Below, in pieces: positions 9,953-20,480 of a stretch of DNA of 64,000 nt. A program made the position numbers and the translations under genes. Positions within the stretch are counted from its first letter, which is position 1; each line of letters starts with the position of its first letter. The notes below the pieces were generated by a model. The model was not told the origin of the DNA. It ran no database searches and worked only from the letters and a program-made list of their open reading frames with translations. The DNA is from Candidatus Poseidoniales archaeon (GTDB taxonomy: Archaea; Thermoplasmatota; Poseidoniia; Poseidoniales; Poseidoniaceae). The stretch lies in assembly GCA_019651595.1 (NCBI GenBank), contig BOYQ01000003.1, positions 222,423 to 286,422 on the forward strand, given 5' to 3'.

Positions 9953-10654
9953 TCACTTCATGACCGATTGGATGCGTTCAAGCCACGGTTCAGCCCAATC
10001 CTCTCCAGAGGCGAGAAGCCGGCGCGCCAAGAAGAAGGCGGATTGGACGTCGCCCTGGCTGAGAAGGGTTTCGAGTCGTAATTCATCGGGCCGCTGCTCG
10101 GGTTCTAGCGTATCTTCTTCTGCGCTCAATGGAGCAGGTTCCGGGGTTGAAATTCGAGCCGTAAGGGCTCGCATGCCTTCCAAAAACGCCTCTCGGTGTT
10201 CAACGCTTGGCCCCGACCAGGGTTGCCGTTCCTTGCCGTCCATGCCTCCTTTGAGACGGTCCAAAAACCGGTCTCGCTCGTTCAGGTGGGGTCGGAGTTG
10301 TTGGACTTGGTCGTAGCACGACCACGCCTCATCCACTTCCTCCCTTCGTTCATGCAATCGCCCCATCTCAAGCCAAAGCTCGTGGTTGATGGGTCGATGT
10401 GCTAACAGGTGTCGCGCCAGCTCGATGAACACCTGTTCGTGTCCGGACGTGCGGATGCGTTCCAACCGTCGACCGAAAACGATGTTCGCTCGCTGATCAC
10501 GAAAATCGAGACGACGACATCGCTCAGCGAACTCATCAAGACCCTGTTCGACCCCCTCCGATTCCAGTTGTTTCCACCAAGTATCAGGGTCGAGCGGGTC
10601 CCTGGCAAAGGCGGCTTCCAGGAGTTCTCCCCCCCTAATTTTGGAGGTAACCAA
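9953..10654 (-). CDS. hypothetical helical protein
   Basis: Clean 233-aa ORF. No family recognised. Confidence 0.45.
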   Translation of the reverse strand: MVTSKIRGGELLEAAFARDPLDPDTWWKQLESEGVEQGLDEFAERCRRLDFRDQRANIVFGRRLERIRTSGHEQVFIELARHLLAHRPINHELWLEMGRLHERREEVDEAWSCYDQVQQLRPHLNERDRFLDRLKGGMDGKERQPWSGPSVEHREAFLEGMRALTARISTPEPAPLSAEEDTLEPEQRPDELRLETLLSQGDVQSAFFLARRLLASGEDWAEPWLERIQSVMK

Positions 10655-10699
10655 TGCCCTTCAACGGGATCAAGATTCTCAGCATCCCTGCCAAGGACG

Positions 10700-12288
10700 A
10701 TGAACCGCCTTCCAGCACGGCGTGGGGGCCCTTCACCTCCTCGTTGGCCACCTTAAGTTCCGCCAGGCACCCCAAATTTCGCTCATCGGTGAAATCATGC
10801 AAGATTTAAAACCCGGGCGTTCTTTGGGCCCCAACCCCAATTTTTTCCTTCCCAGCAGGATCTGCTTTTGGCGAGATTCGCAAATTTTTGTGCGGTTTAC
10901 CGGTAAGGTTTTCCCCAAATTCCTCCCAGGATGTTGCAGGGGGGGTCTTGGGCTGTTGCTCATCCTGCTCCCTCACTGCACGGACATGAATCCTTCTCGG
11001 TCAACGCCGTGGTCGATGGTTGCGCCCTAGCCAATCTTCGAGGGGCGTCCATCGTCGTAGCGAGATGGGTCCAAGGAACTGGTGGGGGCCCCAAGATGAC
11101 CCCTGTCCTTGTCGGGTTGCCAGCGAGTCATCATCGCCCACTCGGACGCCCCGGGTCGGTAATGTAAAAGTTTTGTCGACCAGGTTTTCGATTTTCATGC
11201 TCTTGTGGCCGTCAAAGGCCGCTTTTATGGTCGCATTTCCATCGTCAGGGGTTTACTTTTCGGATTTTTAAAAACGGCCCCCAACCATCCGCAGCCCCTT
11301 CGGTCATGGGGGGCGTCAAGGCATTCCACGACTTCGTTGGGGGCGGCCTTTATGGTGGGTGCTCGAGGAAAGGGCCCCTCAGGGTCTTGTGTTCGGCCTC
11401 CCCGGGAAACAGGGCGTGAAAAAAGGGGGGGGTTGCGGTGCATCAACCGTCGATTTCAATCACCGGGTTTTTGTCGAACGCCCTCCACCGTTCCCGGGTG
11501 TCCCCGTACGGGCCCCCCCCTCGTCGTCCTTTCCCGCGTGATTCCCTCCCCCCCAAACGTAAATTTTGCGTCAGCGGGCCCGGGGCGCCGTTGGGGGCTT
11601 CGGGCCAAGTTCAACGGTTTGCCGTACAACTTTTCGTGAAGCGCAGCGGCGATGGTCAATTCATCGATGTTTTCGTTGAACGACATCGCTGCGGGGAGCA
11701 GCACGACGGGGGCGGGGCGTTGACGATGGCCACGCTCACTTCCCGCCCCTCGTTTCGAGCGTTGGTCACCATGGTCCGCAGGTGTCGCGGGACAAGCCGA
11801 ACCACGAGGTGGTTTTCGTCCCGCAAAAACTGCCGATGGAAGGAAACATTTCGGATACCGCTGTCCTGAGCGATGATGATGCTGGCCGAAGAATACCGCC
11901 CACGGTCTTGGGGCCAGTGGTGGGGGATGGGAATGGTTCGGAGGTCGACCGTCTCGGGGACGTTTTCGAAGCAGACAGCCTCCTCTGCAGACACCAACTT
12001 GGGCTCGCTCGGGTTGTTCATGGCCCATCCTAGCGTGTCGATGTATTCCTCGGGCTCAATGCCGATGGCTGCGCACAAACGATCCCGTGTCAACATGTTG
12101 ACGGCGGCACGATGGCCGGGGCATTCGGCTATGTTGTCGTAGACGGTCATGGTATGACCGTTGGCTCGTGAATGTTCGAGCAACCCGTGAATCAGGCTGA
12201 CTTCGGACGATTCCACGGTGGCTGCGCCGAGGTGGTCACGGAAGGCCATGCACCACCCAGTCGGGGGCGTTGTTTGAATGTTGTTCAT
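10700..12288 (-). pseudogene. UbiD-family (4-hydroxybenzoate-decarboxylase-like) decarboxylase, multiply frameshifted in this assembly; candidate MqnL-type menaquinone decarboxylase
   Basis: The N-terminal 210-aa ORF (11656-12288) matches UbiD: MAFRDHL…VCFENVPE…. Downstream frames hold UbiD fragments (MSFNENIDELTIAAALHEKLYGKP, EGPF…) scattered over three frames. The DNA here is full of G/C homopolymer runs. The 3' boundary is approximate. Confidence 0.55.
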
Positions 12289-12400
12289 GGTTGAAAGAGA
12301 CGGTTGGTTTCCGCACGGAAATCAAACGACGCCGCCCATGGTTGGCCCGGTCAAAGGGATTTGATTAAATAGGGGCGGCAAGTCGGCGAAATGCTTCAAT

Positions 12401-12837
12401 GAGGTGACCATGATGGGCAGAGGACTCTTCGCAGGTGCAAAGATGGCCAAAGACCGACAGAAATTCCGTTGGTCCGACCGCCGATACAAGAAGCGCATGC
12501 TCAAGTCCCGAGCCAAGCACGACCGCTTGCAGGGTCCACCAGGCCAAGGGCATTGTCGTTGAAAAGGTCGGTATTGAGGCCAAGCAACCCAACTCCGGCA
12601 TTCGAAAAGCCGTCAAGATCTCCTCATCAAGAACGGAACAAATTGACCGCCTTCGCCCCCGGCGACGGTGCCATCAACTTCATCGACGAACACGATGAGG
12701 TCATGGTGGAAGGTATCGGCGGCCGCATGGGTCGTTCGTACGGTGATATTCCCGGCGTCCGATACAAGGTGATTCAAGTGAACGGCGTCTCGCTCGACGA
12801 GATGGTCCGTGGCCGAAAGGAGAAGCCCGTCCGCTGA
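12401..12837 (+). CDS. rps12: 30S ribosomal protein S12 (uS12), three single-base frameshifts
   Basis: Three frames together give GLFAGAK…[23 protein letters not shown] / PL.G…[27 protein letters not shown] / [51 protein letters not shown]…GRKEKPVR. An essential gene, so sequencing indels are the likely cause. Confidence 0.85.
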
Positions 12838-12844
12838 GGTGTTG

Positions 12845-13459
12845 ATGATGAGCGATGCAGAACCCGATGTTGTTGAAGTCAAGCCCATCGCCGGTATCGG
12901 CACCAAGGTGTTCGGTAAGTGGGACGCCTCTGAAGTGACGTGCCGAGACCCTGGTCTTGCTCCGTACATCAACCTCACCACCGTCGGCGTGCCTCACACC
13001 GGTGGCCGCCACGCCAACGCATGGTTCGGGAAAGCCAAGCTCTCAGTGGTTGAGCGCTACATCAACAAACTCATGCGCACGGGTGCTTACACCGGTAAGA
13101 AAATGGGCGCCATGAAAGCCTTTGAAGGCGCCCTTGACCAAATCTTTGAACGCTCCGGAACCAACCCTCTGCAGGTCTTCGTTGACGCCATCTGCTCGGC
13201 AGCCCCAATGGAAGAGATCACTCGAATCAAGTTCGGGGCCGTCTCTCAACCCAAGGCTGTTGACTCTTCGCCGTCCCGCCGCCTTGATCTCGCTCTCGCC
13301 AACCTGGCCAAGGGTGCCCAGCAAGGCACGCACAAGTCGAAGCGAACGCTCCAAAACTGCATCATCAACGAATTGATGAAGGCCAGCGAGGGCGACGTGA
13401 CCTCGTACGCTGTTGGCAAGAAGGAAGAACTTGAGCGCATCGCTGCTTCTGCACGCTGA
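12845..13459 (+). CDS. rps7: 30S ribosomal protein S7 (uS7)
   Basis: …KVFGKWD…, …HTGGRHAN…. Directly after rps12, in str-operon order. Confidence 0.9.
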   Translation: MMSDAEPDVVEVKPIAGIGTKVFGKWDASEVTCRDPGLAPYINLTTVGVPHTGGRHANAWFGKAKLSVVERYINKLMRTGAYTGKKMGAMKAFEGALDQIFERSGTNPLQVFVDAICSAAPMEEITRIKFGAVSQPKAVDSSPSRRLDLALANLAKGAQQGTHKSKRTLQNCIINELMKASEGDVTSYAVGKKEELERIAASAR

Positions 13460-13511
13460 TTCGAAGCCCAACTGATGTTTTGGCGGGCGCAACGTTCATG
13501 TTGCTTCTGTT

Positions 13512-13910
13512 GAAGTTTGAGCATGACCAAGAACGTGTTCATCAAGTTTGTATCCGACCCCGCCCACGACCGAATCAAGTCCATTGTTGGCCTGGCTTGT
13601 GCCTCACAAGCGGTCAACGACGGCCATGACGTCAGTGTTTTTCGCAGCGGCGGGCACTCGACTGCTTGATCCTGGATTTCTGAGCGCTCTCGAGAGCGAC
13701 GTGGGTCCTGATTCCACGATGGTTCACGGGTTCATGGACAACTTGCTGGCGGGAGCGGACCTCCACTGCTCGTTTGCTTCTGTGAAAACAACCCTCGGCC
13801 AGCCGAGGAGACAGTGCCTGTGCGTTCCTGACGACAAGATAGCATGGAGTGGACCCCCGGGTGTTCTTGCCCTTGCCACGGCGTCTGACGTGCAACTCGT
13901 GTATTGATTC
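13512..13910 (+). CDS. DsrE/DsrF(TusD)-like sulfur-relay family protein, one frameshift
   Basis: MTKNVFIKFVSDPAHDRIKSIVGLACASQAVNDGHDVSVFF(AA)AG… fits the DsrE-like fold. The frame changes near 13640. Weak call. Confidence 0.35.
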
Positions 13911-13979
13911 ACGCCATGCCTGCGAGGCACTTAAGAACCCCTTTTCAGTGGGCGATTCAACCAGAACACGGTGGTGACC

Positions 13980-16183
13980 ATGGGACGCAAAGAAGACAAC
14001 ATCAAGAAGGCCACGGAAGTCATGCACGTTCTTCCTCAAATCAGGAACTTGTGCATCGCTGCTCACATCGACCACGGCAAAACCACGCTTTCAGACAACC
14101 TGATCGCCGGTGCTGGAATGATGTCCAACGAACTCGCAGGTGCTGCACGCGTTCTGGACTTCGACGAGCAAGAATCGGCCCGTGGCATCACCATCAACGC
14201 CGCTTCGGCCTCGATGGTGCACGCCGTTGAAGGCACGGACTTCCTCATCAACCTCATCGATACGCCCGGCCACGTCGACTTCGGTGGCGACGTTACTCGT
14301 GCCATGCGTGCCGTTGACGGTTGCTTCATTCTCGCTTGCGCTGTTGAAGGCCCCATGCCTCAGACCGAAACGGTCGTTCGCCAAGCCCTGAAAGAGAAGG
14401 TCAAGCCTGTTCTTTTCATCAACAAGGTCGACCGACTGATCAACGAACTTCAGGTCACCCCCGAAGACATGATGGCGCGCTTTACCGAGACCATCAAGAA
14501 GGTCAACAAGCTGATCAAGCAGTTCGCTCCTGAAAACAAAAAGAAGTCCTGGCAGGTTTCCGTCCAGGACGGTACGGTGGCCTTCGGTTCCGCATACCAC
14601 AACTGGGGCATCACCGTGCCCTACATGCAGAAGTCCGGCATCTCGTTCAAGGAGATTTTCGAGTACTGCAACAACGAGGATCAGAAGACCCTCGCTCAGA
14701 AGGCTCCCGTCCACGAGGTTCTGCTCGACATGGCGGTCGCTGAATTTCCCAGTCCCGTTCAGGCCCAGGAGTACCGTATCCCCAACATCTGGAACGGCGA
14801 CGCGGACTCCGCCATCGGCAAGGCCATGGTCGCGTGCGACCCCGAGGCCGAACTCGCCATGATGATCACCAAGATTTGGATGGACCCACACGCCGGCGAA
14901 GTGGCCGTTGGCCGCATTTACTCCGGTGCCATCAACCAAGGTGAATCCGTCTACGCCATCGGCGCTGCGAAGCCCGAGCGCGTGCAGCAGGTCGCCATGA
15001 TGGTCGGTGCAGACCGCATCACGGTCCCCAAGGTCGTCGCCGGCAACATCGCCGCCATCACGGGCATCAAGTCCGCCGCAGCCGGTGTGACCCTGTCCCG
15101 CGACAAGGATTTCACCCCCTTCGAAGCCATCCGTCACTACTCCGACCCTGTGGTCACCGTGGCCGTTGAGCCGAAGTCCATGAAGGACCTGCCCAAGTTC
15201 ATCGACGCCCTGCGCTCGCTGGCCAAGGCCGACGCTTCACTTCAGGTACCACCAACCAAGAGACCGGTGAGGGACTGCTCGCCGGTATGGGTGAACTCCA
15301 CCTCGAAATCACCGTTTACCGCATCGAGGAAGAACAGAACATCAAGGTCAAGGTGAGTCCACCCATTGTTGTCTACCGAGAAGGCATTCAGGGCTCGAAC
15401 CGGGCAACTCCCTTGAGGGCAAGTCCCCAACCGCCACAACCGATTCATGTTTGAGATCGAAGCGCTCCCTGCAGAAGTCGTGGCTGCCTTCGAGCAGGCG
15501 AACTCGGCGACGGCCCGGTTCGTAGCAGCGATGCCAAGGAAGTCGGCAACAAGTTCGGCGAATACGGCATGGACAAGGACACGATGCGCAAAATCTACGC
15601 CATCAACGGCACGAACGTGCTCGTGAACGACACCAAGGGTATTCAGAACCTTCACGAAACCCGTGAACTCATCATTGAGGCCTTTAACGAAGTGTGTGTC
15701 AAGGGACCCATTGCTGACGAACCCGTTCAGGGAATGTACGTGCGACTCGTTGACGCCAAGCTCCACGAAGACGCCATTCACCGTGGCCCTGCTCAGACCA
15801 TCCCTGCCGTGCGAAACGGCATCAAGGGTGCCATGATGCGAGCCAAGACGGTCCTCCTCGAGCCCATGCAGAAAGCCTTCATCTCGGTGCCCAACGACTG
15901 GTTGGGACAAGTGACTCGTGAAGTCACCACCCGCCGAGGTATCATTGAAGACATGCCTTCGGAAGGCGCCGTCACCACCGTTGTTGGTGTCATCCCTATC
16001 GCAGAGACCTTCGGATTCTCAAACGACATCCGTGCTGCATCGCAGGGACGAGCCGTGTGGAACACGGAGAACCTTGGCTTCGAGATTCTCCCACCCCAAC
16101 TCTTTGACAAGGTCGTCGGGGAAATCCGTCAGCGCAAGGGCCTGAAGCCCGAGCCCAACCCCGAATCGTACTACGCCGATTGA
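13980..16183 (+). CDS. fusA: translation elongation factor 2 (aEF-2), with frameshifts around 15240-15560
   Basis: G-domain AHIDHGKTTLSD, DTPGHVDF. The C-terminal ORF 15569-16183 carries EF-2 domains IV/V. The middle segment (…GELHLEI…YRIEEEQNIKVKVSPPIVVYRE) sits in another frame. Confidence 0.9.
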
Positions 16184-16193
16184 GGTTGACCCA

Positions 16194-16684
16194 TGCACGG
16201 GAGTCGTTCTTGGGCTCCACGTGAACCCCGAGGGGGGTGTTCCGAAGCACCCAGTTGATACACGCTGGAGGTTGGACGAAACGGGTGTGTCGGTGACAAA
16301 CAGAACGACCGCAAGCACCACGGTGGACCGCAGAAAGCCGTCTGTTTGCTTGAGCAACACGTTCTTGAGCACCTGCAGGCCGAAGGCCATCCCATCGCTC
16401 CCGGCACGACCGGTGAAAACATCCTTGTGGATGGCACTTCACCGGGCCAATTCATCGTTGGCGCCCGTTTGAGCATCGGTGAGGTTGAGTTAACCATCAC
16501 CGGGGATGCACCCCCGTGCAAGACGATTCGTGCCTCGTTTGCTGAAGGAACCTTCAACGAATTGAGTCATCGGAAGACCCCGGGACAAACGCGCTGGTAC
16601 GCCAGAGTGGAACAGACGGGCACCGTGCGAATGGGCGATGCACTTGTGTTCCTCAGTGAAGCCGAGCCAACTGGAAGTCCGTGA
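16194..16684 (+). CDS. MOSC-domain protein (YiiM-like), frameshifted
   Basis: The C-terminal ORF 16346-16684 contains …PGTTGENILVDG…IGEVELTITGDAPPCKTI… (MOSC). An upstream frame supplies …KHHGGPQKAV-like residues. Confidence 0.5.
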
Positions 16685-18403
16685 GTTCCCTGAGGGCACG
16701 CAAGGCGGGGTTCTCACCGAGTGCATCCAAGCAGCCGTGGGCCTCTTGATGGAAGTCCTCAGCCATGCTTTTGGCGTAATCCACCGAACCGAGTTCAGCC
16801 AGGGCGGCCAAACCGTCAGCGAGCGATTCAGGGTCAACGGTCTCACCCTTGCCCAACACGGCCAACAGGCGATCTTTCACGGGACCGTCGGGCTGACGAA
16901 GGGCATGGATGATCATGAGGGTCCGCTTTCCTTGAGCGATGTCAGACCCCGCTGGTTTCCCCAAGGTTTCCGAATCGGAGAGAACATCGATGACGTCGTC
17001 CATCAGTTGGAAACACATCCCGAGGGCCTTGCCCCAAGACGCCATGCATTCAACGGTGGCTTCATCTGCTCCGGAAATTCTCGCACCAATTTCCGCACAT
17101 ATCCAAAACATGACGGCGGTTTTCCCCTCAATCATCTCAAGGTAATCCGCTTCTGAAACCTCAAGACGGTCTTCGAATTCAATGTCGAGTTGTTGCCCCT
17201 CGCTCACCCTTCGCACCATCCATGCGATACGGTTCACCAGGGGTGCTACGTCCGTCGGTTCGAGGTTTTCCGCTTGGACCAGGCGCTCAAAGGCGATGGC
17301 CAGCATCGCATCCCCTGCGTTGATGGCGGTCGGCATGCCGTATTCGATGTGGACGGCGTTGCGCCCTCTTCGCAGTTCATCGTCATCCATGATGTCGTCG
17401 TGAACCAAGGTAAAATTGTGAACGGTCTCGATGGCAGCACCGATGTCAAGAAGGCCGGCGTGCGTGTCGCCCACGGCCTTGCCGACCAACCACGGGAGGG
17501 TGGCTCGCATGCGCTTTCCGCCACCTTCGATGAGGTGCATCATGGCATGACCGAGGCGCTCATGACGTGAGGCACGAAGGCTGGATTCGATGCGTGATTC
17601 GATGAGCGGCTTGACTTCCATGATGGAGGTTAACAAGTCTGCACCTTCTGCACCCGGTAGCATGTTGGTGACGTCGCCCATGTCGTGAATTTGCTCATCC
17701 GCAAGTTCTGCAAGTGCTTGTTGGTCGTTAAACGACGCCCACCATGTGGGTTGCATGATGCGAGCAGCGATGCAGCGAAACCATGGGGCAATGGCCTGTT
17801 CTGGCGGTCGCTCTTCGATGAGCATGGCCTCCATTTCGTCGTGGTTGACCCACATGATGTTGGCCACTTCGTTGGGGTTGGGGTTGATTTCGACGTCAGC
17901 ACACATCACCAAGATGTGATCCACTTCCCGTTCTATCCATTCATGGTTCATTCGCGCAGCATAGCGCATCTTCGTCATGAACACCATGTCGTCGGTGGAG
18001 ACGGTCGATGGGTCAATCCCGAGTTCTTGCTCCAGCTTCCGGACGGCCGCACGCTTGACGCCCATGGCATTCTCTGTTTCCATCTCTTCCTGACTGTGCA
18101 AGGGGTGAGAGCAACAAGCGTTGGCCCACACGTTGGGGAACGTCACTTTGTCAGCGGAACGCTGCTGCAACAACATCTCTCCTTCGAATTGAACAAAAGG
18201 ACACTGAAGGCTCGATGGTAATGGCCGGCGCCTTGATGGGTTTCCAATTTCGACATCGGTCCAATGACCGTGTCGTCCTCGGCCACACAAATGACGGCCT
18301 CGGCCATGAGCGTCGCTTGCTCAGCATCGGAGGATTGCAGGGCGTTCATGTCGTCCTGATTGAGTTCGACATGAGGGACGTCATCAATTCCATACCCTGA
18401 CAT
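16653..18403 (-). CDS. fusion protein: type-1 (Nudix-type) isopentenyl-diphosphate isomerase at the N-terminus and geranylgeranyl-diphosphate (polyprenyl) synthase at the C-terminus; one frameshift near 18160
   Basis: IDI part: …HQGAGHYHRAFSVLLFNS… (ORF 18143-18403), then …MLLQQRSADKVTFPNVWANACCSHP…. Prenyl-synthase part: first DDxxD (LVHDDIMDDDELRRGRNAVH) and second DDxxD (FQLMDDVIDV). Apart from the single indel the ORF is continuous across the junction. Confidence 0.75.
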
Positions 18404-18457
18404 GTGTTCACCGGCTTATTGCAGTCGCGGAGGCTACATGAAGAGTTCTCTGTGCCA

Positions 18458-19270
18458 TCAAGGCGACAAAACCGTGCCTCGGACGTCCAAACCAAGGCAG
18501 GCGTCTCTCACGTTTCCGTCGTGCTCTCCGCTCACGAGGTGGACCTCAACACCGCTTTCAGCCGCCTGGAAACCTCGGGCCACTTTCAGCCCGATCCCGC
18601 CGGTCACATCCATGGCCTCGTGGTGCGTCCCGTCGAAGACATCGCTTCGTTGGAGGACGGGCATCAAGAGCTGCTCGTCGTTGACGCCCGTCGGTGGCGA
18701 GGAAAGCACGCCCTCAACGCCACCCATGGCAAACACCAAGCGTTTGACATTGGGCAGTTCGGTCGCCAGACGAAGAACCAAATCATCACCTGAGAGAATG
18801 CCAAAGTCAGCCGGACCATCGCACTCAACGACATCACCGTGGGTCACCATCACGATCCCGCGGGGCGCTGCTGCAAACATCTCGACGCTCCCCTCAAAGG
18901 TCGGCCCGGTGTTTTTGGCCCACTGATGCGGATGGAGAACGACCGCAGAGATGTCGTACTTCGTAAGGGCGTCCAGGACATGCTGGTTCAGTTCGATCAT
19001 GTCTTTTCTCACCGCCACGACCGCCTCATCTTGGGTCATCTCCTCGGGAACCTCGCCATCTGGAAGGCGCCCCTCTGCCAGCCGGTACGCCTTGGCCTTG
19101 AGGTGTCCAAAGGAACCCGCCCCGTGGACCAACACGACGTCAAGTCCGGCTGTGATGCAACTTTCGAGCTGATCGGCGAGGTGGTCCAACACGTCGGTTC
19201 GGACGGTTTTCATCCGGTCTTTCTGGGTGATGAGGCCGCCGCCCCATTTGATGACGACCCGCTCACGCAT
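18458..19270 (-). CDS. ipk: isopentenyl phosphate kinase (amino-acid-kinase family)
   Basis: IKWGGGLITQK… and VHGAGSFGH motifs, as in the MJ0044-type IPK. Adjacent to the IDI-GGPPS fusion. Confidence 0.75.
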   Translation of the reverse strand: MRERVVIKWGGGLITQKDRMKTVRTDVLDHLADQLESCITAGLDVVLVHGAGSFGHLKAKAYRLAEGRLPDGEVPEEMTQDEAVVAVRKDMIELNQHVLDALTKYDISAVVLHPHQWAKNTGPTFEGSVEMFAAAPRGIVMVTHGDVVECDGPADFGILSGDDLVLRLATELPNVKRLVFAMGGVEGVLSSPPTGVNDEQLLMPVLQRSDVFDGTHHEAMDVTGGIGLKVARGFQAAESGVEVHLVSGEHDGNVRDACLGLDVRGTVLSP

Positions 19271-19329
19271 GGACCGACCAAGGGCTGCCGAATCATGAGG
19301 CTACCGTCTGTTGACGATGGCAAGGTTTC

Positions 19330-19692
19330 ATGAGGCACCGGCATTGTGTGGAGATCATGGCCGAGGAACCAACGCTCGAGGCTTTCATGCGTCATTTGCA
19401 GGTGTGCGTCGAGGAAGCTCGAACCATCGCTGACCGTACTGAACGGGAGCAACGGTTGTGGCAACTCGAGGCGTCCCTGCAAGAGGCCATCATTTACAAA
19501 AACAGGGTGGAAGAACTCCAACGCCACGGCATCGACCCGATTCGACTGGTCGAAGCGGAGTCATCGCTCTCCCAACCGCCAGCGCCCAAAAAGGTGGAAG
19601 CCTTGCTCTCTGGTCATGATCACTGCAAAACATGCAAAGCCGTTCTTGAACCGGACTTACCTTTCTGTCCTGCTTGCGGAGCAGAGCAGTAA
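19330..19692 (+). CDS. small coiled-coil protein with a C-terminal C4 zinc ribbon (hypothetical)
   Basis: …HCKTCKAV…CPACG at the C-terminus. The start may be the internal Met at 19357. Confidence 0.4.
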   Translation: MRHRHCVEIMAEEPTLEAFMRHLQVCVEEARTIADRTEREQRLWQLEASLQEAIIYKNRVEELQRHGIDPIRLVEAESSLSQPPAPKKVEALLSGHDHCKTCKAVLEPDLPFCPACGAEQ

Positions 19693-19697
19693 GCGGC

Positions 19698-20396
19698 TCA
19701 CTCCTCTTCTTCGAGTTCCCACTGCTCGATGATTTCAAGGATCATCGGGTCGTCTTCATCGACCTTGTAGAGGTATTCACCGGGTACTTCATCGGTCAGG
19801 AAAACGGTGGTCCCGGCTCGGTAAATCGTGTGGCCGTCGGCGATGGCGCGGACCGTGTCAATTTCCAGAATCGTAGGGCGGTCAATCCGAACGTGTCCCG
19901 CCTCCATGGCGTTGTGGATGGATCTGGACAGGTGGACGTTCTTGCGGTCGCCGGCGGTCAGGCCAAATTCGAGCAGGCTTTCGAGTTCGTCAGCCTCGCA
20001 GGGGTAGTACAGGACCTCTGGGATATCATCGGTGGGAAGGTCAAGGTCCAACTCAATGGAGTGGCCGTAGGTTGCTCGAATCATGCCGTTTTCAATTTGG
20101 TAGCGGCCTTTTTCATCGGCGTTAGCAATGGCTTCGAAGTGCCATCCTCTCAACCAATGGTAGTGGCGTCGTTGGTTGCCGATGGCTTCTGAAAGTTCAC
20201 GCGTGTTAACCCAACCGTTGATGTCCATGTCCACGTTGAATTTCTCGGGGGCGTGGCGAAGGACGAGGGCGAGGATTCGACCAAGGGAGTTGGCTTCTCG
20301 GTCGCTCATGATGAATTTGCCTTCATCGTTGCAAACGGGGCAGTTGGTACCTGAGAAATGTCCGTGACTTCTGCATTGGCGTAGCATGAAGTCCAT
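19698..20396 (-). CDS. kptA: RNA 2'-phosphotransferase (Tpt1/KptA family) with an N-terminal Cys/His cluster and an acidic tail
   Basis: …SLGRILALVLRHAPEKFNVDMDINGWVNTRELSEAI… (Tpt1 N-domain) and …ATYGHSIELD…. N-terminal C..H…CPVC. Confidence 0.75.
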   Translation of the reverse strand: MDFMLRQCRSHGHFSGTNCPVCNDEGKFIMSDREANSLGRILALVLRHAPEKFNVDMDINGWVNTRELSEAIGNQRRHYHWLRGWHFEAIANADEKGRYQIENGMIRATYGHSIELDLDLPTDDIPEVLYYPCEADELESLLEFGLTAGDRKNVHLSRSIHNAMEAGHVRIDRPTILEIDTVRAIADGHTIYRAGTTVFLTDEVPGEYLYKVDEDDPMILEIIEQWELEEEE

Positions 20397-20480
20397 GCGG
20401 GTGCGACCTGTTCAAGAACCCTACGGGAGATTGGGGCTCCGAATCTCTGGACCGCCTTCAGAATCGAGCGTGGGTATGAA

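Noticed and set aside
10700-12288. UbiD-like gene, PAN, MBF1 and purB N-terminus as true pseudogenes, or evidence of genome decay
   Set aside because: The damage clusters in homopolymer-rich, low-quality patches. Essential genes (rps12, fusA) elsewhere show the same single-base frame slips. Sequencing or assembly error is the simpler explanation. They are annotated as frameshifted and probably intact.
14091-15137. 348-aa minus-strand ORF inside fusA
   Set aside because: Antisense to aEF-2. Gly/Asp/Val-rich pseudo-protein.
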